From an uncultured Chthonomonadaceae bacterium (GTDB taxonomy: Bacteria > Armatimonadota > Chthonomonadetes > Chthonomonadales > Chthonomonadaceae): a stretch of DNA of 64,000 nt. Positions 32,725-42,240 of the stretch are shown in pieces. The notes beneath the pieces were generated by a model, which was given only the letters and a program-made list of their open reading frames with translations, had not been told where the DNA came from and did not search any database. The stretch is from assembly GCA_963817895.1 (NCBI GenBank), contig CAWFQB010000002.1:672001-736000 (forward strand), in the 5' to 3' direction. Made by a program: the position numbers and the translations under genes. The stretch's first letter is position 1; each line of letters opens with the position of its first letter.

Positions 32725-33423
32725 ATGGATACGGACGTAACAAAACCTCCCCTCGGCCTGTTGCTGCGCGTGTGGCTTGCGCTTGGCCTGCAATCATTCG
32801 GGGGCGGCGCGGCGACGCTGGCGTTAATTCGGCAGGCGGTTGTGGAACGCCACAGGTGGATGCCCGAAGCGGAATTCACGCGGGAATGGACGCTGGTACA
32901 GGCCGCGCCCGGTATCAACCTGATTGCCATGACAATTCTCATCGGCAGGCGATTGGCGGGATGGCGCGGCATAGCGATTTGCATGATCGGCCTGCTGCTG
33001 CCAAGCGTGACCGTGACCATTCTGCTGACGGCGGGCTACGCGCACATTCAGCGTTTGTCCCTGATGCGGGCTGCCCTGCGCGGAATCGTGCCTGCGGCAG
33101 TCGGAATGGGCGCGTTGACAGCCTATCAGATGGCGCGTTCTCCCCTGATGGAAGCGCGGCGCGAGGGCAAATTCTCGTTTCTGGCGTATTCCGGCATTCT
33201 ACTGGCAAGTATGCTGGCGGCATTGCATTGGCGCAGTTCTGTGATTGTGATTTTGGGCGCGGCGGGCATGGCGGGCGCGTTGGCGCATCGGCAGCGGGAA
33301 AACACCCGAACGGCTGGACAGAGCGAAAGCGGGCCGGTTGCGGAGAGGGAGGAACCGTCCCGCAACGCCCCGGTTCCAACCAACGAACACGCTTCTTCAA
33401 CAGATGGAGATGACGCGCCATGA
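32725..33423 (+). CDS. Short-chain chromate transporter (CHR), subunit 1
   Basis: SFGGG, VERHRW, Q.APG; starts 1 nt after the regulator stop. Confidence 0.88.
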   Translation: MDTDVTKPPLGLLLRVWLALGLQSFGGGAATLALIRQAVVERHRWMPEAEFTREWTLVQAAPGINLIAMTILIGRRLAGWRGIAICMIGLLLPSVTVTILLTAGYAHIQRLSLMRAALRGIVPAAVGMGALTAYQMARSPLMEARREGKFSFLAYSGILLASMLAALHWRSSVIVILGAAGMAGALAHRQRENTRTAGQSESGPVAEREEPSRNAPVPTNEHASSTDGDDAP

Positions 33424-33929
33424 ACCCGTTGCTGTATTTTGGGCTGTTTCTAAAGGCGTCGCTGTTTTCTACGGGCGGCATGGGCAATCTGCCGAGCCTC
33501 CATGCCGATCTACTGGCGCGAAAGTGGGCGGTTGAGCGGCAGTTTGTCGAGTCCCTCGCAATCGGCCAGATTTCGCCCGGTCCGAACGGTTTGTGGGTCG
33601 TGTGTTTGGGCTATCTGACCAACGGGCTGACCGGAGCCTTGCTGGCAACCGTTGCCCTCTGCCTGCCCCCCCTGCTTGTCCTGTTGATTGAAAGATTGTA
33701 TCGCCGCGTTCAGCACCACCCGGCAGTGGAGGGGTTCATGCGCGGCCTGAGTCTGGCGGTTGTCGGAATTTTCGCGGTCGTGCTGTTCGGCTTTTTACGC
33801 GGCAACGGTCTGGACTTCCGCAGCCTTGCCCTTGCCCTCAGCAGCGCGGGAATGGCGTCAACCCGGCGCGTCCCCATCCCGGTTATCATTCTGCTGGCGG
33901 CGTGCGCGGGAATGGCGTTGTACAGGTAG
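33420..33929 (+). CDS. Short-chain chromate transporter (CHR), subunit 2
   Basis: STGG, AIGQISPGPN; ATGA overlap with subunit 1. Confidence 0.88.
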   Translation: MNPLLYFGLFLKASLFSTGGMGNLPSLHADLLARKWAVERQFVESLAIGQISPGPNGLWVVCLGYLTNGLTGALLATVALCLPPLLVLLIERLYRRVQHHPAVEGFMRGLSLAVVGIFAVVLFGFLRGNGLDFRSLALALSSAGMASTRRVPIPVIILLAACAGMALYR

Positions 33930-34259
33930 GTTGTTAGGTTGTTAGGTTGTTAGTTGTTAGGTATTGGGTTGACAGCCTTGCGCCACACAAGAACAGGGGT
34001 ACTCCTGCATTGTCCTCATACCTAACAACTAACAACCTAACAACCTAACCCCGGGAACATAGCGGGCCGGTTTTTAGTCCTTTGCGCAGCAGCCCACATT
34101 CCGTTTCCGCTCGGCATGAGGACACTGTTTGCTGTCGAAACTTTCTGACCCCTCTGGTCACTGGCAAGACGAACCACCCGGATTTCGGTGTGGCTGCGCG
34201 TAACCCGTGTGAATGGCCTCCCCCTCCTGACGGGGAACATAATGAAGGAGACCAACCTG

Positions 34260-34757
34260 ATGACCGCAACCGCCTCGCTGCAAGACCTGTATCTGGAAGA
34301 CCTGAAAGACATTTACAACGCCGAAAATCAGGCGATCAAAGCCTACCCGAAACTGCTCGATTCCGTGACGCACCCGGAACTCAAGGAAGCCATGCAACTG
34401 CATCTGGAGCAGACGCAAGAACACGTCTCGCGCCTAGAGCAGATATTCGATAAAATGGGCGAAAAGCCGACCGGCAAAACCTGCAAGGCGATGAACGGTT
34501 TGGTGAAGGAGGGCGAGGACATTCTCAAGGAGCAGTCCGACCCGTCCGTTCGCGACGCGGCTCTGCTGGCGGCTTCGCAAAAGATCGAGCATTACGAGAT
34601 CGCCTCGTATGGCACGGTCATCACGTATGCCGAACAGATAGGCGACGAGGAGGCGGTCAGCCTGCTGAAAAAGACGCTCAACGAGGAGAAGCACACGGAC
34701 AAAATCCTGAGCAAACTCGCCGAAAGCGTCATCAATCAGGACGCGGATAAGGGCTGA
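34260..34757 (+). CDS. yciF: Ferritin-like DUF892 protein (YciE/YciF family)
   Basis: LKDIYNAE, HLEQT..H..RLEQIF, CKAM.GL..E, QKIEHYEIASYGT, EEK.TD; AAGGAG RBS. Confidence 0.9.
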   Translation: MTATASLQDLYLEDLKDIYNAENQAIKAYPKLLDSVTHPELKEAMQLHLEQTQEHVSRLEQIFDKMGEKPTGKTCKAMNGLVKEGEDILKEQSDPSVRDAALLAASQKIEHYEIASYGTVITYAEQIGDEEAVSLLKKTLNEEKHTDKILSKLAESVINQDADKG

Positions 34758-34844
34758 GAGTTGAGAGTTGAGGGGCGAGAGATTTGAAAAGAGGAATGAT
34801 GGACAGTATTTCTGTTCATCATTCCTCTTTTTGGCGTTGGAAGC
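34622..34844 (+). repeat. Direct repeat A1: yciF 3' end + terminator
   Basis: Aligns with 36258-36479; includes the hairpin AAAAGAGGAATGATG...CATCATTCCTCTTTT. Confidence 0.9.
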
Positions 34845-35059
34845 ACACCTCTATAGTTGTGGAATTTCAATAGCAACCTATCTCACCTTTCCTCCGCGCG
34901 TTTGGTATGCCGGAGAAGCATTTATGTGCTAAAATAGCATCTAACCAATGACACCAAACCGGTATCTCCGATCACTCATCAGGTTGTAAACTCAATGACA
35001 CGCGCTTGAACCTCTGTTTTCCCAGGCCACATTCCCCTGTAAAGGATAACCCTTCATCA

Positions 35060-36277
35060 ATGGATTTGCTACAACGGCCAACGCCCTCCACAACCATGCC
35101 TGTTTCCGAAACGACTGTCGGCGACGCGGCGAAAGCAAGGCTGCATTACGTGGATGGCCTGCGTACGTTCGCGGCCCTGACGGTCATTCTCGGGCATGCG
35201 TCTCAACAGGTGTACTGGAATGTGCCGCAACCCGACCCGTACCTGACGTATACGTTATTCTGGGTCAACGGGGATTGCGCGGTTGTCGCGTTCATCGTAT
35301 TGTCCGGGTTCTGCCTGATGCGGCCCGTCATCCTGTCTGGCGGACTGAAAGGGGGAACCCGCCGATTTTATACGGGGCGCTGTCTGCGTATCCTGCCTGC
35401 ATATTACGCCGGACTGCTGGCATCGCTGCTCCTGGTCGCCACGCTTATCGGGCGCAAACATGACATTATGTTTGATATATGTCTGCCGGTAGGTAAAAAA
35501 AGCGTGATCAGTCACCTGCTGATGCTACAGAACCTCTGGCCTCCGCCATTTTTCGACAATCTGGGCAATGTTCAGATCAACGGCGTGTACTGGTCTGTTG
35601 CTCTGGAGTGTCAAATTTACCTGCTGTTTCCCCTTGTCGTGGCGCTCTGGAAGCGCCTGGGGATAGCGATTACAATGGCGACTATCGGCATTGTGAGTTT
35701 CAGCCTTTTCCTTTTGACGCGCGCGCCGGTAGGTTCTCTCTGCTGGAAGGGATTTAATTTTCAATTTTACTTTTATTTCGCTATCGGCGTTCTGGCGGCT
35801 CACCTCATGTATTCCGATACGGCGGCGCGAATTCGCCGCCTGCCCTGGAAGATCATCGCGCTTGTAATGATCGCTTGCTACGTCAAAGTGAATTCACTGG
35901 GCGCCATTCCCCTGTTTTATAATGCTCTGCCGGTTGAATTGTGCGCCGCGCTGATGACGCTGGCCGTGCTGTTGAGCGGGTCGCAGGGGGGAATGAAGCT
36001 GCTGTCCTGGCCGCCAATGGCGCGCATGGGACTGTTTTCTTACAGCATCTATCTGCTGCATCTGCCCCTGCTCGCGCTGGTCACGGATTACGTCATCCTG
36101 CCGTTGCGCGGCAAAGTGGCAAACATACTGCTATATCTGTTGCTGCTGGCGATCAGTCTTCCCCTGACGCTGATAACTTCGTACTTGTTCGCAAGCGTGT
36201 TTGAAGACAAAAAGGTTCTGACGCGCTACTGGAACCGGATATTCTCTTCCAGAACACCACGTATGCCAGGCAGATAG
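35060..36277 (+). CDS. Acyltransferase family 3 (OafA/YrhL-like)
   Basis: DGLRTFAALTVILGH, F.VLSGF, RCLRILPAY, WSVALECQIYLLFP, SYSIYLLH. Confidence 0.92.
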   Translation: MDLLQRPTPSTTMPVSETTVGDAAKARLHYVDGLRTFAALTVILGHASQQVYWNVPQPDPYLTYTLFWVNGDCAVVAFIVLSGFCLMRPVILSGGLKGGTRRFYTGRCLRILPAYYAGLLASLLLVATLIGRKHDIMFDICLPVGKKSVISHLLMLQNLWPPPFFDNLGNVQINGVYWSVALECQIYLLFPLVVALWKRLGIAITMATIGIVSFSLFLLTRAPVGSLCWKGFNFQFYFYFAIGVLAAHLMYSDTAARIRRLPWKIIALVMIACYVKVNSLGAIPLFYNALPVELCAALMTLAVLLSGSQGGMKLLSWPPMARMGLFSYSIYLLHLPLLALVTDYVILPLRGKVANILLYLLLLAISLPLTLITSYLFASVFEDKKVLTRYWNRIFSSRTPRMPGR

Positions 36278-36479
36278 GCGACGAGGACACAGTGAACCTG
36301 CTGAAAAAGACACTCGACGAGGCGAAGCATACGGACAAAATCCTGAGCAAACTGGCCGAAAGCGTCATCAATCAGGATGCGAATAAAGGCTGAGAGTTGA
36401 GAGTTGAGGGGTGAAAGATTTGAGAAGAGGAGCGATGAGCAGGAATACTGTTCGCCACTCCTCTTTTGTCGTTGAAAGC
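36258..36479 (+). repeat. Direct repeat A2: diverged duplicate of yciF 3' end + terminator
   Basis: Encodes QIGDEDTVNLLKKTLDEAKHTDKILSKLAESVINQDANKG*, versus QIGDEEAVSLLKKTLNEEKHTDKILSKLAESVINQDADKG* in yciF. Confidence 0.9.
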
Positions 36480-36491
36480 GCGCTCTTGCCG

Positions 36492-37160
36492 TTATTCTTT
36501 CGCTCCCGCCGCTTTGAGCATAAAGTAAATGGCCGACGTATCCTTGTACTTATTACCATCTGCTTTGCGATACTGTGGATCACTCCTTCTCGATTGGTAA
36601 CTTTCAAAGTGATAACGCGCCAAAGTCAAAGCTGCGATTACACCTCCTGCGCCACCATTAACATTGGCACCGCGCTTAATCAACAACTTTACAAGAGCGA
36701 CATCACTATTATCACTGGCTTCCATCAATGCCGTTCTGCCCAGGTCGTTACGCGCGTTGACATCCGCGCCCCAATTCAGCAGCAGTTCCGCAATGCGCGG
36801 TGTTTGGTCTGTCGTTTGCAATGTGGAATATCGGCTCATTGCCGCGTCTATACAGATTACAGGCTGTATCCGGGGACCACAGAGTTCGTGCCATACAGGA
36901 CGGCGCTGTATTTTGGCTATGAGTTCTTCTATCGGAGATTTGTCACTGAGGCAATGGCTTACCTGTATAGCGTTAGGATTTGCGCCTTTCTTCAAGAGGG
37001 ACTCTACCTCAGCGTAATTTTGTTCGTAGACGCTCTTAATCAGGGCGCTGTTTAAACGGACAGCATACGTGTCCTTTCCGGTAGCCACAATCGCCGCCAC
37101 CACGATAGTCATAAAAATCCCATAGAAGAGCGTTTTCTTATAGTAACGAGGAATTGACAT
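36492..37160 (-). CDS. Ankyrin-repeat protein with N-terminal TM/signal
   Basis: LLKKGANPN, LLLNWGADVNARNDLGRTALM, LLIKRGANVN. Confidence 0.85.
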   Translation of the reverse strand: MSIPRYYKKTLFYGIFMTIVVAAIVATGKDTYAVRLNSALIKSVYEQNYAEVESLLKKGANPNAIQVSHCLSDKSPIEELIAKIQRRPVWHELCGPRIQPVICIDAAMSRYSTLQTTDQTPRIAELLLNWGADVNARNDLGRTALMEASDNSDVALVKLLIKRGANVNGGAGGVIAALTLARYHFESYQSRRSDPQYRKADGNKYKDTSAIYFMLKAAGAKE

Positions 37161-37226
37161 GAACCCGCCTGAATTCCCTATCGTGTAGTGTAGCCGTTCA
37201 AAAGCATTAAGCGTTTGAAAAAAGGA

Positions 37227-39221
37227 TTAAAGCAGATTACGCGCCTTTAACTCCTCTTTTAGCGCGGGCAGGCGGTTGTTGTTCTCGCGCAGGACGGCGA
37301 TATAGCGGTTCCATTCTACCAGACGGTTCGCGCGTCCGGCGAGGTCTTTTGCCCGCGCCAGATAGCTTGCCGCCAGACGATAGTTGTCCCGCCCGCGCTG
37401 CTCGATGAGGTTTTCCGCCAGCAGTTGGTAGATGACGCGGGACTCGTCGGGAAAATCGGTTTCCGCGACGCCCGCCACGCGGGCATGAAGGTCGCTTCCC
37501 GTCCAGCGCGTTGTTGTCTCCTCGAACAGCGTCAGCGTATCCAGAGCCTGCCGCGCCTGTTTCTCCTCGATATATATCTCAATAAGGTCGCGCCACATTT
37601 TGCGCTCTTCCAGCGGGACGATGAGTTCGGGGCGCAGGCGCGTCCACGCATCAGCGGGATGCCCCGGCAGTTGCGCGGCCTTTTTCACGCTGCGGTACTC
37701 ATACTGGCTCGGCGAGGCGCGAAACAGGCGTAGTTGCGCTTCCAACGCTTTTTCCGGCTGATTGTGCTGCGCGTACCGCTCCCCAAGCCAGCGCGCATAC
37801 GTGACGTTGCCGGTTGATCCCGTTTCCGCGTCCAACTTGTCCTGCTGTTCGGCGATAAAATCCAATGCGCGATCTATGTTTGCGCCGTCCAGCGCGCGCA
37901 ATCTATCGGCAAACGCGGTCAGTTGCGCCGGTTGGGGCGTTTTCTCCAGCGCGACTTGCATCGCCTCGTCTATGCGCCCCATCGCAAGCATCAATTCCGT
38001 AACTTCGGCGTACAGGCCCAGTCTGCTGTACTCCGTCAGTTTCTCCTCGTCGCTGATGCCCGAATGGACTTTCAGAGTGACGATAAACCGGGCGCGGGCG
38101 GCGTTGTTGAAGTTGCTGGAAAAGTCGTTGGCCGATTTCATGCCGCGTTGCAGCCAGTTTTCCACCTCGGCGCGTTCATCAGGCGTGACGTTGCGGGCAA
38201 TCGCTTCCACAGCCCCGGTTGCCAGATCAATGCCGCCCATCTGCCGGTCGTATTCCCATATCTGGTACACGGATCGAATCAGCTTCTGCCGCGCCCCGCT
38301 GTTCAAACGCGCGGCTTCCGGCAGGATCGCCTGCGCGTCCAGACACTTTGCCAGTCCCTCACAGCAATCGTTAATCAGCCCCGCCAGTTCGCCCTCGTCC
38401 TCCAGTTCCTCATAGCCGTCAAGCGCTTCCTCTGCGACGGTTTCGTAAATAGCCTGAGCGTTCGCCCATTGCCCCGCCTGCGCGTACTCGTCGCCCGTAC
38501 TGACAAGCGGTTCCAATTCCGCCGCAATCCGTGATGCGCTGTCGTAGTAATCGTCGTAACTGCCCGCCTGCCGGAATGATTTCTGCGCTTTGCGGCGAAT
38601 GGCGTTTATATCTACCGTCTGCGTATTTGCCAACGGCGATACCGAAATGGCTGGCGCGACATTGCCTGCTGCCGCGTCGGTTGGCGACTTGCTTACGGGC
38701 GCAACCGAGGGCGGGGTTACGTCTATTAAATACTCCATGTCCGGCTGCCGTTCCAGCAGTTTGGCGCACAATTTCAGCAATTGTTCGTGACTGAGAGCCT
38801 GAAGACGGGCGGCGAACTCCTCCCGAACTTCAACCGTTTCCGGCTTGTTGATCCACGTCAGCAACAGAGCCACCAGATGCTTGCAAAATCCGCCCGCCTC
38901 GCACTCGCAATTGTAGGACGTTACCTGCGGCCCGCCCGCAAGAGGGAAAGGCTTTCCCTCTGCCGCCTGCGCGGACTCGCTCGATCCTACCCGCGCCAGC
39001 GTTGCGGAAAGCCGATACGCGGCCTCCCGCGATCCCTCACACTCCGCATGAAGCGTGTCGCCGCGCAGAATGGCGTCGGAAATATGTCCGTTGCGAAAGT
39101 ATTTCAGGCCGCGCCCGTAGCTTCCCGACCCCGCAAATCCTTCCAGTTCCACTTCGGTAATCGGCGTGAATTGATTTTTCACATCCTTGCCGGTCTGCTC
39201 CTGCCCTGGTTTCATTGTCAT
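37227..39221 (-). CDS. SWIM zinc-finger protein
   Basis: RG..YF..G, CECEAGGFCKHLVALLL; helical C-terminus ending RLPALKEEL. Confidence 0.88.
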   Translation of the reverse strand: MTMKPGQEQTGKDVKNQFTPITEVELEGFAGSGSYGRGLKYFRNGHISDAILRGDTLHAECEGSREAAYRLSATLARVGSSESAQAAEGKPFPLAGGPQVTSYNCECEAGGFCKHLVALLLTWINKPETVEVREEFAARLQALSHEQLLKLCAKLLERQPDMEYLIDVTPPSVAPVSKSPTDAAAGNVAPAISVSPLANTQTVDINAIRRKAQKSFRQAGSYDDYYDSASRIAAELEPLVSTGDEYAQAGQWANAQAIYETVAEEALDGYEELEDEGELAGLINDCCEGLAKCLDAQAILPEAARLNSGARQKLIRSVYQIWEYDRQMGGIDLATGAVEAIARNVTPDERAEVENWLQRGMKSANDFSSNFNNAARARFIVTLKVHSGISDEEKLTEYSRLGLYAEVTELMLAMGRIDEAMQVALEKTPQPAQLTAFADRLRALDGANIDRALDFIAEQQDKLDAETGSTGNVTYARWLGERYAQHNQPEKALEAQLRLFRASPSQYEYRSVKKAAQLPGHPADAWTRLRPELIVPLEERKMWRDLIEIYIEEKQARQALDTLTLFEETTTRWTGSDLHARVAGVAETDFPDESRVIYQLLAENLIEQRGRDNYRLAASYLARAKDLAGRANRLVEWNRYIAVLRENNNRLPALKEELKARNLL

Positions 39222-39299
39222 ACTCTGCTCCCATAAAAAGTTAATAGCCGCGAATGAACGCGAATGTACAGACAGAAGTACGATTGTGCGCCTCGCGCC

Positions 39300-40679
39300 C
39301 TATTTATTGACGCCCGCCACAATGTCACCTGTACTGCCCTCATGCAACTTTGCGTAGGGACATGGCGGCGCAGGCAACGGCTCGTCATTGACGCGAATGG
39401 GAACTCCGCCGTCATCGTGGCAGTCGGGGCCGATGCTGTATAGCAGGTAATCCGTCTCCCGTCGCATGTAACACAGCGGAGCGGGCGTGGCAAACGGATC
39501 GGCGGGAACAGCGCGTAAATAGTTCGGAACCAGTTCTGCCAGAGCGTCCGGAAAGCGTCCCTGTTCCGAACGGTAGGCGCGCAGGGCAAGCGCGACAAGC
39601 AGCAGGCGGTTTTGTGCTACATCGCTCTCTTCTGCGGAAAAGCGTTTGGGATCGGGGTTGTGTCCTCCCGTTCGCAGGCATTGACAGAACGGCATAAGCG
39701 CCCGATTCAGGGGATGCAGGGGCGCAGACAGTTCCGGCAGGTTGGAATCGTAGGGCAGTCGGGCATTGGCAATGCTCTGATCCATGTAGCGGGCGTATTC
39801 TACAATCGCCCCGCGCTTGCCGGCCAGAAGAAAGGGCGCGCTGCGCGGCACAACGCGCCAGCCATCGAGGGTAAGCAGGCTCTTGCCCTCCAGTCCCTCG
39901 TACTCCTTCACACCCACATTCGCCAGATCATTAAGAAGGTTGTTGCTATGCAGAATTTCAAGTAAGCCACCCTCATACCACCATTTATCCTCTTGCAGCG
40001 CGTCGGCATACGCCACATGGCGGGATAGAATGTTTTCCAGACGCTGTGCCGCCATTCGCGCCTGCGATCCGCTTAGATGGGCTATTGCCGGCCAGAGGAG
40101 CGAACGGCAAGGAGCGGCATAAATTCCGCCTGCGATTTTCCCGGCGACACCTGCCCCACGCGCTATACTCTCCCCGAAGGCAATGGCGTCCAGCCCGGTA
40201 TTTACCGCGTTCGCCCATTCGCCCCGCGCCGTTTCGTCCTGCTGTTCCAGAAGCAGCAATTGCGACAGACTGTGAAAACTTCGGTAGTAGAAAATCCGCG
40301 TCTGAAATGAGCGAATGGGAGGCGCAAAGTATGTCTGCTGCAATCCGAGACGCAGCCGTGATAGCGCGTCCCGGTTCTCTGCCACCAGTTGCCGCTTTTG
40401 CGCGAGGGTGTACGGATGATTGTCCTGAGTATAGAAAGAGCGACCCAACTTCGTAGTCGGGAGATCGTAATCTACAGCAAAGCTGATTTTACGTTCATGC
40501 CGCAGCATTTTGCCTGCCGCTACATAGGTATCATGGGCGTTTGGCGTTGGCAGAACGGGCGTGGGCGGCGTAAAGTCGGAAACAGCATGGCTCCAGTGCC
40601 ACCATAATGCCAGCAACCCGACGCACAAGAGTACACAAGTTCCTCTTTTGGTCACGGGAGTAGGCTTGTATGGTTTCAT
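39300..40679 (-). CDS. Membrane-anchored hypothetical protein with pseudopilin(GspG)-like C-terminal motif
   Basis: N-terminal TM; ALRAYRSEQGRFPDALAELVPNYL..VP.DPF...LLYSIGPD..DDGG. Start uncertain. Confidence 0.7.
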   Translation of the reverse strand: MKPYKPTPVTKRGTCVLLCVGLLALWWHWSHAVSDFTPPTPVLPTPNAHDTYVAAGKMLRHERKISFAVDYDLPTTKLGRSFYTQDNHPYTLAQKRQLVAENRDALSRLRLGLQQTYFAPPIRSFQTRIFYYRSFHSLSQLLLLEQQDETARGEWANAVNTGLDAIAFGESIARGAGVAGKIAGGIYAAPCRSLLWPAIAHLSGSQARMAAQRLENILSRHVAYADALQEDKWWYEGGLLEILHSNNLLNDLANVGVKEYEGLEGKSLLTLDGWRVVPRSAPFLLAGKRGAIVEYARYMDQSIANARLPYDSNLPELSAPLHPLNRALMPFCQCLRTGGHNPDPKRFSAEESDVAQNRLLLVALALRAYRSEQGRFPDALAELVPNYLRAVPADPFATPAPLCYMRRETDYLLYSIGPDCHDDGGVPIRVNDEPLPAPPCPYAKLHEGSTGDIVAGVNK

Positions 40680-40745
40680 AGGAGCCATGCCATTCTGCCC
40701 TGCCGCCCTGTTCGGCGGCAAAAGCAGGAACGTTCTTTTATAGTA

Positions 40746-42048
40746 TTACGCCAGTCGCTCTTTGACGCGCTCCATCAGTTTGGCAATCGGCACGTTGTGG
40801 GGGCAGGCGGACTCGGCTTTGTTCCAGTCGGCTGCGGCCATCGCGTTCAGGTCGCGGGCATCTGCGGGCAGTTCCGCGTACAAATCGCGGGCGTGTTCGC
40901 GCTTGCCGTAGTGGTCGTGATACATCAGGAAGCGCAGCGAGTCGGCAACCGCGATCTGCTGCCCCGCGCCGCTTGCCGCGGCAAACGTGGTCGCAGCCCC
41001 GGCACCACAGATGGCTTACCAGACGGGCGTGTTCCTGAATGGCCTCGGCTTCCGCAATCGTCAGTTTGCTTGCCACCGCGCTCGCGTTCTGCTTCATCTG
41101 GTCTTCGTTGGTCATTTCCGAGCAGATGGCCGCGATTCGCTCATCAACGGCAACGGCTTTGATAGCCGCCTGATGCTGGTTTAAGCCGCGCTGCTTGAAC
41201 GGATTGAACTTGTCCGGCAGGGTCATGCCGCCCACCTGCGTTTTCATCGCCACAAGCCCGACGCCCGCCTTCACGCAACGGTCTATGGCGCGGTTCAGGT
41301 CGTCGCTCTTATAATAGTGGTAATCGTAGCGGAACATCACCACATCAATAAAGTCGCTGTCAGCAGCCGCGTTCAGACATTCCGGCACGTTCCCGTCGTG
41401 GCACGAAAAGCCGAAGAACCGGATTTTGCCCTCTTTTTTCAGACGGGCGGCAGTGGCCTTGATGTCGGAATTGGACGGCAGTTTGGTATCCTGAATCTGG
41501 TGCATGTAGTAGCAGTCCACATAGTCCTGCTGTAGGCGCTGCAAACTGCCCGCCAGTCGTTTTTCCAGATTGAAGTGGTCATGGGTTTTGGTCACGAGCC
41601 AGAATTTCTGCCGCGTTTTGTTTTTGCCGGTCGCGCCCTGCGCTTTGAGGAACTCGCCGAACGCCTCCTCGCTGTGTCCCCGGTTATAGCCCTCCGCCGT
41701 GTCCAGATAATTGATGCCCTGCTCTACGCCCGTCGTAACCACTTCGGGGTCTACGCTCCAGGAGCCGCCCATTGCCAGCCGGGACGTTTTGAAGCCGGTC
41801 CTGCCCAGCGCGACAAGCGGCATTTTCGTTTTCGCGGCCTCCGGCTTGACATCGGGCGCTTTGCCGTCCTGCGCCTTGTCCTGCGCTTCGGCAACCACCT
41901 CCACGCGAGTTGCCAGCAGTCCCGCCGCGCTCAGGGCCGCGCTCGTGGTCAGCAATTGCCGCCGCGACAGGCCGGAATGGACGGACTCGGCGTTCGCGTC
42001 AGCGGCAACGGGTGGAGTGAATTCGCAAGGCAATTCGGAATGAGACAT
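40746..42048 (-). CDS. Tat-exported aldo/keto reductase with C-terminal Cys cluster, frameshift near 40980
   Basis: SRRQLL Tat motif, LGRTG, YLDTAEGY, TK, SLQRLQQDYVD, GFSCH. After CRGCDHVC, another frame gives IAVADSLRFLMY...ACPHNVPI..ERLA*. Confidence 0.85.
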
Positions 42049-42240
42049 AGGTAAACCTCCTGCACAAAACGGCAAACAGAGTGAGAATCAGTTGATGTAT
42101 ACGACGTTCGGCGCGAGGGCTTTGTATCCCTCTTTTTACAAGAGATTTTCGATGGCAAGGAGGAATTACACCGGCGAATAGGAGATATACACGAACATCG
42201 AGATACAAAGGAACAAACAAGAATGAAAAAGACGGAGAAT

